64,000 nt of DNA from Patescibacteria group bacterium (GCA_018818205.1 JAHISJ010000026.1:29994-93993); one strand, 5' to 3'; positions 18,996 through 28,317 are shown, counted from the stretch's first letter. Notes: a model not told the origin generated them from the letters alone. Numbers and translations: made by a program.

Positions 18996-20888
18996 TTACT
19001 GAGCGATGTCAAGCTCTAATTCAATTTTCTTGTCTAGCTTGGGTGCCTTTTTGACCCAAAAAGGCCAAAAGGTGACTTCTGAGGAGAGAATATGGGGATT
19101 TTCCGCTAAAAAAGTTTTTATCTCTTCTTTGCTTTTGCCCTTCAATTCTTCTCGAACGTACGTCTCATCAAAAGTATAGTAAAATGTTTTTTCTATCTTG
19201 AGCACAATACCCATAGATTTGTCGTTAAAATCAAAGTTCTGGAGCGAGGCCGTTACACCCTCATCGATTCCTGCCTGAAGAACTTTCTTTCCATCGGTAA
19301 GAGCCTTTTCAACTTCATATGCTACAATTTCCTCCATGTCTTGTTGATTAAACGTCATAGTAGACACACGCACCGTTATCTGTAAATCATATTCGGTCAC
19401 TTCCTCACCAACTTCATTACTTGCTACACGTTCTATTATCTCGGTCTTGATTGCATCTTTGAAGAAGTACTGATCCTTTGGAATACGTGAGACAAGTTCG
19501 TCGATGGCCTTTTTTTCAACTTGAGTCAAAAGCTCATTGCTTGCATTTTGCATGTCCTCCTCGCTAATGATTCTCTTCACCTGTTTTTCCCCACCAGCTA
19601 TAGGACTTAACGTCTCTGCATATATCGCTGCTTGTTTTGCACCGGTGAGTCCAGGAATAATAAGCTTTGCGCTCTCAATGTTGTACTCGGTTCCTGGTTG
19701 ATCGGCCTCTAATACAACTTGAAGTCTCCCCGGTATTGTCTCTCCATCTTGTACTGTCGCACCCGGTACGTTTACGTCATTGAGTACACGGTAGATAGAT
19801 CCATTTGGTGCCTGGAAACGCGTCTGCGCAACAAGTGGCTGCGGAGATGAAGAAAAGGTATTATTAATGACCACTTCTCCCCGTGCCTTAGTGCTAATGT
19901 CTTGCTCCCCGTACGCCTCAAAGTGCTTCTTATCGCTTGTTTTTTCTACATAAAGAAGCTCTCCGGGCAACTGATTATTTGCTTGATCGACCTCGTCCGC
20001 CGCTTCACGCACTAAAACATCGACTTGGGAAATAAATTGCTCTGTCTCCGGCTGAATAGAAATCACTGCTTTAGGAAGAAGAATAAAGAAAATAAGACCA
20101 GCAAGTCCAAAACTTATAAGGAAAAAGACAACAAAAAACGTAACGCTGATTCGTGGTAAGAATACATTTTTTGAACGAGCTTTCCTTTGCTTCTTGTTCT
20201 TCTTTTCTCTTCGAGAGTCGGACATAGGCCCTGAGCTCAGACCTCGAGAGGAGGGCTCCTCTCCTCGAGTCTGAGCGGCCTCGGAGTCGAGGACAGAGCC
20301 TCGAACAGCTTTCCTTTTTGGCTTCTTTTCTTCGCTTTCTTTTTTTGCAGTCTCTAAAATCGTACGCACCGTTTCTTTACTTTTTTCCTTCTCGGAGATT
20401 GATTCTTCTTTGGGAACGTCTTTTTCTTTCGGTACTGAAAGTCTAGGCTCAATTTCCTTTGATTTTCCTGAAAGATAATCAGTAACTTTAAGCAGGTGTT
20501 TCTCCCCGGGAACAGTCGCTGCGACTATCGGTATCGTCTTTGCGGTAGGTAATACTTCCTTCTTCTCGTCCTGTTGGTTTTCAGGTTCCTGCCCAACCGG
20601 TTTCTCCTCTTGGTCTAAAAGTGTACTCTCCATTGATGAAGGTACCTCTTTTCTTACATCAAGTCCCGCACGTTTTGAAAGGTTGAACGCAACATCATCA
20701 CTGACTACAACGACAATTCTCTTACCAACCGCATCAACCTGTCTTTTTAAAAGCTTAAGAGTTACCGTGCTTTGTGTTAACATTGATCTTTTAGGGATCA
20801 CTAAAACAATCGCATGCTCCTTAGTTTTGCGAATCTTATCAATAACCGCAGTTATTTCCTCGTCTATGTCTAAATAGAGGACTTTCAT
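18996..20888 (-). CDS. Hypothetical bitopic membrane protein (about 250-aa cytoplasmic part, one TM, about 350-aa extracytoplasmic domain) immediately downstream of ftsA
   Basis: 630 aa. The start overlaps the ftsA stop. The central K/E-rich linker carries repeat copy B. TM segment ISVTFFVVFFLISFGLAGLIFFILL. No FtsZ tubulin motifs. Confidence 0.5.
   Translation of the reverse strand: MKVLYLDIDEEITAVIDKIRKTKEHAIVLVIPKRSMLTQSTVTLKLLKRQVDAVGKRIVVVVSDDVAFNLSKRAGLDVRKEVPSSMESTLLDQEEKPVGQEPENQQDEKKEVLPTAKTIPIVAATVPGEKHLLKVTDYLSGKSKEIEPRLSVPKEKDVPKEESISEKEKSKETVRTILETAKKESEEKKPKRKAVRGSVLDSEAAQTRGEEPSSRGLSSGPMSDSRREKKNKKQRKARSKNVFLPRISVTFFVVFFLISFGLAGLIFFILLPKAVISIQPETEQFISQVDVLVREAADEVDQANNQLPGELLYVEKTSDKKHFEAYGEQDISTKARGEVVINNTFSSSPQPLVAQTRFQAPNGSIYRVLNDVNVPGATVQDGETIPGRLQVVLEADQPGTEYNIESAKLIIPGLTGAKQAAIYAETLSPIAGGEKQVKRIISEEDMQNASNELLTQVEKKAIDELVSRIPKDQYFFKDAIKTEIIERVASNEVGEEVTEYDLQITVRVSTMTFNQQDMEEIVAYEVEKALTDGKKVLQAGIDEGVTASLQNFDFNDKSMGIVLKIEKTFYYTFDETYVREELKGKSKEEIKTFLAENPHILSSEVTFWPFWVKKAPKLDKKIELELDIAQ
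20213..20310 (+). repeat. GC-rich hairpin-containing repeat, copy B, in frame inside the 630-aa gene
   Basis: GAGAGTCGGACATAGGCCCTGAGCTCAGACCTCGAGAGGAGGGCTCCTCTCCTCGAGTCTGAGCGGCCTCGGAGTCGAGGACAGAGCCTCGAAC, about 90% identical to copy A. Confidence 0.7.
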
Positions 20889-20889
20889 A

Positions 20890-22143
20890 TTAATACTGCA
20901 TTAGTTTAACGGCTCGCCTCAGTGTTCCATGCAAAATATCTTCTCCACCCGCAAGCTCAAGTGCAAGGTTTGCAAGAGCCATGGGAGTTACATCTTGCTG
21001 TGTGGTGAGCTTGCCTGATTCATCAACAATATTGGTTACATTTTCCGGTTGAATGAAGTGTACCTTTGGTTTTTTTGCAAATGCTAAATCTTTTGCCCAC
21101 CCGGTTGAAAGAAGTGAGGTCTTGATTCCGGGAAGTGCACTTCCCCCACCACAAAGAAGAATACGAGATGGAAGCAAGTCGTCCTGTGAAAATTCTTCAA
21201 GCGCAAGCTCAACACCAGAAACCCAGACACTGCAATCCGACTCAAAACTATCTTTAATACGATGCATCATCTCTGCCGGCAATTTTCCATATGCATATTT
21301 AATTTTTATTCGCTCAGCTTCCTCAAAACTGACTGAAAGCATATCTGAAAGTCGCTTAGTAAAAGCACGACCGCCAAGTCCATACATTTTTGTTCCCTCC
21401 AATCCCCCGTTCCTGACAACCGCAATATCAGTCGTACCACCACCCACATCAATAAAAATAGCATTGAATTCAAGAGAATCTTCTACACCCATACACCGAG
21501 CAACAGCGTAAGGCTCCGCAGTGATTGAAAGAATATCAAGGCCAAGCTCTGACGCAATTGTCTCAAGCGCGCCAAGATGAACCAGTGGCGCATATGCGTT
21601 AAATATTGATATTGAAACGTCTTTCCCCTGAAATCCTAAAGGATTGGTGACACGATACCCATCAATACGTACATCGACTATTGCCGCATTAATCAATCTA
21701 ACATCAATCTCAGAATGACCTGTCTCCCAAGATAGCTGTTTCCTTACCTGATCAAACGCCTTCCATTGTACTTTTTGAATAATATTCTTTAGTTCAGGAA
21801 GATCGATTTTTGATTTTGGTTTCACTCGCTCGTAATTTACTGTCGTTGTGCTTCCTTTAACCAACTCTCCCGCGATACCTAAAACAACCTGATCGGGCTG
21901 TTCTCCACACATTTCAACAGCCTTGGCAATCGCCTTTTCACACGATCTTACAACACCCTCAATATCACTCACCGCACCGGACTGCATATCACCAAGCGCT
22001 TGCACTTCTTTCCCAACACCAATAACAACACCTTTACCGTCTTCAACACGGAATATTAGTGCTTTAATAAGATGTGTCCCAATATCAAGAGCAAGTGCAA
22101 AATCAGGACTTCTTTTGTTTTTTAATATGGATAAAAAACCCAA
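20890..22143 (-). CDS. ftsA: Actin-like ATPase, cell division protein FtsA (FtsA/PilM family)
   Basis: ALDIGTHLIKALIF...GIAGE...DVGGGTTDIAVV...LCGGGSALPG actin-fold phosphate and adenosine motifs; 417 aa. Confidence 0.7.
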   Translation of the reverse strand: MGFLSILKNKRSPDFALALDIGTHLIKALIFRVEDGKGVVIGVGKEVQALGDMQSGAVSDIEGVVRSCEKAIAKAVEMCGEQPDQVVLGIAGELVKGSTTTVNYERVKPKSKIDLPELKNIIQKVQWKAFDQVRKQLSWETGHSEIDVRLINAAIVDVRIDGYRVTNPLGFQGKDVSISIFNAYAPLVHLGALETIASELGLDILSITAEPYAVARCMGVEDSLEFNAIFIDVGGGTTDIAVVRNGGLEGTKMYGLGGRAFTKRLSDMLSVSFEEAERIKIKYAYGKLPAEMMHRIKDSFESDCSVWVSGVELALEEFSQDDLLPSRILLCGGGSALPGIKTSLLSTGWAKDLAFAKKPKVHFIQPENVTNIVDESGKLTTQQDVTPMALANLALELAGGEDILHGTLRRAVKLMQY

Positions 22144-22274
22144 GATTGTATTTTATGTAGCTTCAAAATTGTATGCACAGTGCATACGTTCACCACAGGT
22201 GAGTATACCATACATTACTGTTTTTGTTGAGAAAAATACAATAAAAAATGCCCCCTTTTAATCAACTGTTACAG

Positions 22275-22310
22275 AAAAACAAAAAAAGGCAGCCTTACAA
22301 AAGACTGCCT
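22275..22310 (-). terminator. Intrinsic terminator after secreted-protein paralog 1
   Basis: Minus strand reads AAAGGCAGTCTTTTGTAAGGCTGCCTTTTTTTG. Confidence 0.6.
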
Positions 22311-22321
22311 TTAAAAAAACG

Positions 22322-23224
22322 TTAGTACGGATTTGAAACCGTATATTTTACCCTAAGATCATAGATCTTATTGTCATCTTTCTCAAACTCACCTCTAACA
22401 TAATAACTTGATGATTCATTTACAACCGTATGATCCATGGTTGTGCTCACCGTCGTGTCACCACCAGAGAAGGATGCACCTGTCTCAAGTGTTGCAACAG
22501 TACTACTTGTATAGTTGCTGTCAATTTTGTTGAGCCACGCCTTTACGCTCGTTGCCGCATCAAGATCATTTGCTCTCATGGAGAGTTCAGTAATCTTTGC
22601 ACCATTTGGAAGATTCACTGGCGCCGCATATGTTGTTACCGATGTTGCATCTGAGTTTGCGTCCAGAGCACCTCCTGTATAGGAATAGCCAACGATAGCT
22701 GAGTCTTCTGCTTTAAAAGCACTACCAGGAACACGCATATATGAAGTGTATTCAGCGGTTCCTGTGGTAAGACCATTTACTGTTGCACCTGTAAAATCAA
22801 CAGTCTTTCCACTGGTAAAGCTTACATCACCTTCTAGCGTGGTTTTCCCTTTGACTTGTAAATCATCGTTTACAATAACAGGCATTGGATTTTCTGCATC
22901 TGCTGCTTCCGGCCCAGACGTTGCACCGCGCCAAATCCGTCCGTCAATTCTCACATTATCACCAAACGCTACCGGGTTATCAACACCATCATTTGTGGTG
23001 ATATTGACAATAGTACCGTTAAAGAAGGTAACTCCACCTTCTCCTTGGCGACCAATCTTGACTGAATCCATCATCATGGTTCCATCAACATTAAAGAAGT
23101 CACCGTCTTTACCACCGAGTTTCTCAGTGATATTGATCTCTGAAGCTGCGTACACTGCTCCGGCAACAAAGAGTGTTGCGATGAGAGAGGTAAGCACGAC
23201 AGAGAAAATTGCTTTTCTCTTCAT
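22322..23224 (-). CDS. Secreted hypothetical protein, paralog 1 (signal peptide, cleavage after AVYA)
   Basis: MKRKAIFSVVLTSLIATLFVAGAVYA signal peptide. Shares GGVTFFNGTIVNxTTNDGVDNPVxFGDNVRIDGxIWRG with the adjacent paralog. Ends in ...SNPY. Confidence 0.55.
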   Translation of the reverse strand: MKRKAIFSVVLTSLIATLFVAGAVYAASEINITEKLGGKDGDFFNVDGTMMMDSVKIGRQGEGGVTFFNGTIVNITTNDGVDNPVAFGDNVRIDGRIWRGATSGPEAADAENPMPVIVNDDLQVKGKTTLEGDVSFTSGKTVDFTGATVNGLTTGTAEYTSYMRVPGSAFKAEDSAIVGYSYTGGALDANSDATSVTTYAAPVNLPNGAKITELSMRANDLDAATSVKAWLNKIDSNYTSSTVATLETGASFSGGDTTVSTTMDHTVVNESSSYYVRGEFEKDDNKIYDLRVKYTVSNPY

Positions 23225-23285
23225 AGACTTTTTTTGTTAGTTCTCGCTAATGCGAGATTTTGTAATATAGCGTTCCTAGAAAACC

Positions 23286-24221
23286 TTAATACGGGCTTGT
23301 GAATTCATATTCAATCGTTATTCGTGCAATACCCATTGAAGTACTATCAGTCCCCTGCACATCAACCAGAAGCAAACAATAATTTTGAGTATTATCTACC
23401 ACTGTCTGGGTAATCGCAGGTGGTGTCCATGTTTGAAAAGTTGCAGAATCTGTTGAAGTCGCGGTACCAACAAGCACAGAGGAGGAGGGATCAGTTGGAT
23501 CAACTACTTTTCCAACAGTAACTTCAATTTGATTCCCGACTGTTGCATTATTATCAAGACCATACACCCAAAAATTGGTTATTTTAGCACCATGCGGCAG
23601 CTCTACAGGAGCTTCATAGAAAGCATTGGCTTCAGGGTTAAATAAGCCTCCTTCGTACTTCACATAATCGTTAATATAATCTCGTGATACTATCGCATTG
23701 CCAGGAATAGACACATACCCCTTTTGTGTATCCCAGCTTGGATTGCTTTTATTCACGTAATTCCCCAGATCTGAATTATTCGCTTTCTCGGCTAGTCCTG
23801 AGTCAACATAGGATGTATCAGCTTTGCCATCTACCGTTGGGTTAGAGAGTGCACCATCAATAGTTGTATTACCATATACCTTCAAGTCATCATTCACTTT
23901 GACCGGCATATCTTTAGCATCTGCACCAGCAAACGGTCCTGATTGTTCACCGCGCCAGATCTCACCGTCGATTCGAACGTTATCACCAAACGTGACGGGG
24001 TTGTCTACGCCGTCGTTGGTGGTTGAGTTGACGATGGTACCATTAAAGAAGGTAACACCACCGGTGCCTTGTTTACCTATGTAGACAGAGTCAAATCTGC
24101 CGGTGTTGTTTACAACGAGTTCGTCGTTGTAGGTGATAGTACCTGCATACACTGCGCCTGCTACGAAGAGTGTTGCGAAGAGGGTGGTGGCTATCACGGA
24201 GAAGATTGTCTTTTTCTTCAT
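23286..24221 (-). CDS. Secreted hypothetical protein, paralog 2
   Basis: MKKKTIFSVIATTLFATLFVAGAVYA signal peptide. N-terminal 110 aa about 70% identical to paralog 1; divergent C-terminal half ending ...TSPY. Confidence 0.55.
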   Translation of the reverse strand: MKKKTIFSVIATTLFATLFVAGAVYAGTITYNDELVVNNTGRFDSVYIGKQGTGGVTFFNGTIVNSTTNDGVDNPVTFGDNVRIDGEIWRGEQSGPFAGADAKDMPVKVNDDLKVYGNTTIDGALSNPTVDGKADTSYVDSGLAEKANNSDLGNYVNKSNPSWDTQKGYVSIPGNAIVSRDYINDYVKYEGGLFNPEANAFYEAPVELPHGAKITNFWVYGLDNNATVGNQIEVTVGKVVDPTDPSSSVLVGTATSTDSATFQTWTPPAITQTVVDNTQNYCLLLVDVQGTDSTSMGIARITIEYEFTSPY

Positions 24222-24237
24222 GTTGTTTTTTGGTTAT

Positions 24238-24335
24238 GTTGAGACGCAAGATGTTGCGCCTTTACTTTCTATATTAGCTGAGACGCAAGATTTTGCGTCT
24301 TTACTGTTGAGACGCAAGATGTTGCGTCTTTACGC
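24238..24335. repeat. Three tandem 25-nt palindromic repeats (GAGACGCAAGATGTTGCGTCTTTAC)
   Basis: Copies at about 24241, 24280 and 24309. Each is an 8-bp-arm inverted repeat AGACGCAA-N4-TTGCGTCT. Located between the alaS stop and the promoter region of paralog 2. Confidence 0.6.
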
Positions 24336-24408
24336 TGAAATTCGGGTGGGATAAATCCTACCCCTACGACTTTCAAGTATATCACAAGTAAACATTTTTT
24401 CACAGCAA

Positions 24409-26262
24409 TCATTCCAAAATCGCCTTTATTCTTCTTACTCCCGCGGAACTTGATTCTTCTTTTTTTATCTTAAAATGTCCAAGTTCTTTTGTATTATCAA
24501 CATGCGGACCGCCGCATATCTCTTTTGAAAAATCACCAATGCTATAGACCTTTACTCTATCCCCATACCTATCTACAAAAAGACCAATGGCACCTTCTTC
24601 CTTTGCTTCTTGCAGCGACTTTTCATCACATGCTATTAAAACCTCTTCTGCAATCTTAATATTCACAAGGGCCTCTACCTGCTTTTTTTCTTCATCGGTT
24701 AATTTGTCCGGATGGGTAAAATCAAACCTGAGCCGCTTTGCAGTAATATTGCTGCCCCGCTGCTCAACATGATCTCCCAAAACTTTTCTAAGCGCTTGAT
24801 GCAATAAATGTGTTGCCGTATGATACTTTTTTGATGTCTCAGAGTCGTCCGCAAGGCCACCTTTAAACTTTTTCTCTCCGCCCTTTCTGGATAATTCTTG
24901 ATGTTTTTTAAATTCGTTCTCAAATGCCTTTTTGTCCACAGCAAAGCCCCTCTCTATTGCAAGCTCCTCAGTGAGTTCAAGCGGGAATCCATACGTTGAA
25001 AACAGCATGAACGCGGTTTTGCCATCTACTGCATCTAGTTTATTAAATTCCTTTAGCCCTCTCTCAAGCGTTTTCTCAAATTTCTTCTCTTCCTTTTCCG
25101 CCTCATCCAAAATAGCGTCTTTCTTTTCACCCAAACCAGGGTATTCATTCTTATAGACGTCAATATATGACTCAATAATATTCCGACAAATATCACTTTC
25201 TATCCCTAACACTTCACGTGCTGATCTAACTGCCCTTCTAATAAGTCTTCTGGTAAAATACCCCTGATCTTTATTTGACGGAAAAGCACCGTCCGAAATA
25301 AGAAACAATGCAGCACGGAGATGATCCATAATAATACGAAAGTGCTTTTGAGTATCACCATACTTTTTACCGGAAAGTTCCTCGAGCTTCTCTATAACAG
25401 GCAAAAAGACATCAATCATAAAAACGTCCGGATTTTCATTTTTTGCTGCTGCAACTCTCTCAAGCCCTCCACCAAAATCAACATTTTTTTGCGGCAATGG
25501 GTCAAATTCCCCATCAGTTTTTTTATATTCCATAAACACATTATTGCCAATCTCCAAAAACCGACCCGAATCACTATTCACATGGTCCACTGTTATATCT
25601 GTACTATGATGTGCATATTTCTCACCAAAATCATAAAATATCTCCGAGTCAGGACCGCCCGGTTCACCGACAGGCATATTTTGAGGTACACCCACTCGTG
25701 ACCACCAATTTTTTTCTTCTCCATACAAAAATATACGGTTTTCGCCACCGAGTACCGTCTCTTTTCCTTCTTTCCCCTTCATATCGCAAACGCCAGAACT
25801 CAGTCCAGCTCTTGAAAAAAAGCTCTTCCAGATTTCTATAGACGTATCATCTCGGGGAATACCCAACGTATCATTACCACGAAAAACCGTAACGTAGATA
25901 TTTTCCTTTTTGAGACCAATACCTGTATTTTCATCGGTTAAAAACTCAAAAATCCACTCGAGCTGCTCTTTCTTAAAATAATCACCAAACGACCAATTTC
26001 CAAGCATTTCAAAAAACGTCGTATGGGAACAGTCTCCTACTTCATCTATATCCCCCGTTCTAAAGCATTTTTGAGAATCAGCGACCCGCTTCCCCTCAGG
26101 ATGACTCTCTCCCAAAAGATACGGCACCATTGGCTGCATACCTGACCCAGTAAAAAGTGTTGTGGGATCGTTTTCCGGAATCAAAGAAGATGAAGGAACG
26201 ATTTTATGCCCCTTATTTTCAAAAAATTCTAAGTACTTTTTTCTGATATCAAATAGTGTCAT
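24409..26262 (-). CDS. alaS: Alanine--tRNA ligase, short form (617 aa, lacking the C-terminal DHHA1-type extension)
   Basis: MTLFDIRKKYLEFFENKGHKIVPSSSLIP.NDPTTLFTGSGMQP...FEMLGNWSFGDYFK class-II AlaRS catalytic core. Editing-domain motif HTATHLLHQAL...CGGPH present. Confidence 0.9.
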   Translation of the reverse strand: MTLFDIRKKYLEFFENKGHKIVPSSSLIPENDPTTLFTGSGMQPMVPYLLGESHPEGKRVADSQKCFRTGDIDEVGDCSHTTFFEMLGNWSFGDYFKKEQLEWIFEFLTDENTGIGLKKENIYVTVFRGNDTLGIPRDDTSIEIWKSFFSRAGLSSGVCDMKGKEGKETVLGGENRIFLYGEEKNWWSRVGVPQNMPVGEPGGPDSEIFYDFGEKYAHHSTDITVDHVNSDSGRFLEIGNNVFMEYKKTDGEFDPLPQKNVDFGGGLERVAAAKNENPDVFMIDVFLPVIEKLEELSGKKYGDTQKHFRIIMDHLRAALFLISDGAFPSNKDQGYFTRRLIRRAVRSAREVLGIESDICRNIIESYIDVYKNEYPGLGEKKDAILDEAEKEEKKFEKTLERGLKEFNKLDAVDGKTAFMLFSTYGFPLELTEELAIERGFAVDKKAFENEFKKHQELSRKGGEKKFKGGLADDSETSKKYHTATHLLHQALRKVLGDHVEQRGSNITAKRLRFDFTHPDKLTDEEKKQVEALVNIKIAEEVLIACDEKSLQEAKEEGAIGLFVDRYGDRVKVYSIGDFSKEICGGPHVDNTKELGHFKIKKEESSSAGVRRIKAILE

Positions 26263-26474
26263 AATTCATATTCTAATGTTCGTCTTTTTTGCTCTAACCC
26301 GGTCTTTTCTTTATACATCTTCTCGAGCTCGTCTTCAAGCAGCTCTTGTCTTTTTGAAAGCGATGCAACTTCTTGCGTTAATGTTAAAAGCTCCCGCTCT
26401 TTGCGATCAATGTCAACTTGAACATCTTCTATTTCCCCGGTCATTTGTTTGATAGGGTCTGAAAAATCGGACAT
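26259..26474 (-). CDS. Small coiled-coil protein (71 aa), hypothetical; overlaps the alaS start by 4 nt
   Basis: Heptad-rich sequence ...DIDRKERELLTLTQEVASLSKRQELLEDELEKMYKEKTGLEQKRRTLEYEL. The ATGA-type overlap suggests translational coupling. Confidence 0.4.
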   Translation of the reverse strand: MSDFSDPIKQMTGEIEDVQVDIDRKERELLTLTQEVASLSKRQELLEDELEKMYKEKTGLEQKRRTLEYEL

Positions 26475-26608
26475 AGTTCTTATCTATTAAAAATATCCTA
26501 AAAAGACTGCAAAAAACGGTCACCTTGCTTACTTTAGTATAGACCATTCTCAAAAATAAGAAAAGTTTTTTAGAATCAAAAAAAGCAGCACTGCGTATGA
26601 ATACTGCT

Positions 26609-27043
26609 CTAAGCGGGCATCCGTCTGGGCGGAGCCGGTGGTTTAAGGTAACGTCTATTAAAGTCAGGAACGTGCCAATAATTCTTTTCATACCATTCAT
26701 CCTTTTTAGGAAACATTCTGCAAATAACACTCGACAATGGATACTTTGCCATCAATATGAATTTTCCTTTGTAGCGACCCATAACTTTTGCGGTAACTAC
26801 ATCACTCAGCGACAAATTGAATTGAGCACTGCGACTTTTAATATTAAGTCTTGAAACACAATATGCTCGCAAAAGTTCCGGTGGTGGTGGAAATTCTTTT
26901 TGCGGCTTTAAGCTCAACCACTTGAACGTAACAAACTTTTTTTTGTAATTTATCTTTGGTGTGCAAAATATTTGGGCATGAATAGAGGTAACGCATGAAC
27001 TCGTAAAAAATAACATCAAAAAAACTACAAGGTATTTTCTCAA
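26609..27043 (-). CDS. Secreted or lipoprotein-like hypothetical protein
   Basis: N-terminal MRKYLVVFLMLFFTSSCVTSIHA signal sequence; Pro-rich tail; followed by a hairpin and T-run terminator at about 26578-26608. Confidence 0.45.
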   Translation of the reverse strand: MRKYLVVFLMLFFTSSCVTSIHAQIFCTPKINYKKKFVTFKWLSLKPQKEFPPPPELLRAYCVSRLNIKSRSAQFNLSLSDVVTAKVMGRYKGKFILMAKYPLSSVICRMFPKKDEWYEKNYWHVPDFNRRYLKPPAPPRRMPA

Positions 27044-27130
27044 AACTTTTTTCCTCCTAAAATGTAAATATCAATGCATCTTTGAGCTTTCTTTTATACC
27101 ATAATAATTAGTCCGCGTCAATTGGAAGTT

Positions 27131-28231
27131 TCACCCTGGACCAGACTCAGAAGTCGATTCAGGGTGTATCACCCCGCCGCCAAGCACCGTGTCGCTATCA
27201 TAAAAAACCACACTTTGTCCTGGCATAATAGCTCGCTCTGAATCACTGCATCCAACAGTCATAATGCCATTTTCAAACGAGACAATCTCAAGTGGCACTG
27301 CTTTTTTTCTATACCTCACTTTCCCCTTACACTCAAAAGGAAAAGACGGTAGCTCACCTAGCCAATTGACATCACGTACGGTAAATGACGTGGAATAGAG
27401 TGCAGGATCCTTCGAGTCGTTTGTCACAAAAAGCGTATTTGTCTTAAAATCCCTTTTAAACACATAATACGGTCCCGTCCCACCCACACCAATATTTCTT
27501 CTCTGTCCAAGAGTGTAAAAGGGGAGTCCTTTGTGCGTTCCAATGACCGCTCCATTTTGATCAACAATATCCCCTTCGTTCCATTTTTTCATGTGTCGCT
27601 TTAAAAAACCTTCAAGCCTCTTCTTAGAAACAAAACACACTTCCTGACTCTCTCTCCGCGTTGCAGTCGGTAGATCAATTTTTTTTGCAATCGCTCTAAC
27701 TTCTTTTTTGGTAAGCGTACCTAAGGGAAATAATGTTTTTGAAAGTATTTCTTGAGTTAATGTATATAAAAAATATGACTGGTCTTTTGTTGCATCAATC
27801 CCTTTTTTTAGAAAAAAAGTTTCTCCCACTTTTTGATTTTGCACATAGTGCCCTGTTGCTAGATAGTCATATCCCTTTTTTTGAGCAAGATCTATAAGAT
27901 GTGCAAATTTAATCGTGTCATTACAGACTACGCAGGGATTGGGCGTTTCTCCGTTTTCATACGAAGAGACAAAATAATCGACCACATGCTTTTTAAACTT
28001 CTTTGATACATCAACTGAATAGAAAGGAATGTCGAGTTCTTGACACACTTTGCACGCAAGTTTTTCTGCCTCTACTGAACAGCATGTGTTTTCCGATTTT
28101 TTACCCTCACACTCTTTTTCACTCCAGAAATGACAAAAGACACCCGTTACATCATATCCCTCTTTTTCAAGAAGATACGCGACAACAGATGAGTCAACCC
28201 CTCCAGACATGGCTACCAGTACTTTTTTCAT
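27131..28231 (-). CDS. mnmA: tRNA-specific 2-thiouridylase MnmA
   Basis: MKKVLVAMSGGVDSSVVAYLL PP-loop motif and conserved catalytic cysteines; 366 aa. Confidence 0.9.
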   Translation of the reverse strand: MKKVLVAMSGGVDSSVVAYLLEKEGYDVTGVFCHFWSEKECEGKKSENTCCSVEAEKLACKVCQELDIPFYSVDVSKKFKKHVVDYFVSSYENGETPNPCVVCNDTIKFAHLIDLAQKKGYDYLATGHYVQNQKVGETFFLKKGIDATKDQSYFLYTLTQEILSKTLFPLGTLTKKEVRAIAKKIDLPTATRRESQEVCFVSKKRLEGFLKRHMKKWNEGDIVDQNGAVIGTHKGLPFYTLGQRRNIGVGGTGPYYVFKRDFKTNTLFVTNDSKDPALYSTSFTVRDVNWLGELPSFPFECKGKVRYRKKAVPLEIVSFENGIMTVGCSDSERAIMPGQSVVFYDSDTVLGGGVIHPESTSESGPG

Positions 28232-28317
28232 GATTTTCTTATTGACATTGCGTGATTTTTGTGATTATAATGAAAAGTCTTAAAGACGTCAATATGGTCT
28301 TTCTTTTAGGAGGAGAG

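Noticed and set aside
24238-24335. Possible CRISPR array (regularly spaced repeats)
   Set aside because: There are only three copies. The 'spacers' are 4-14 nt, the repeats are perfect palindromes, and no cas genes are nearby. This fits an operator or terminator array rather than a CRISPR.
26413-26730. ORF 26413..26730 (-), 105 aa
   Set aside because: It overlaps the better-supported signal-peptide gene 26609..27043 in another frame and spans that gene's terminator. It is likely non-coding.
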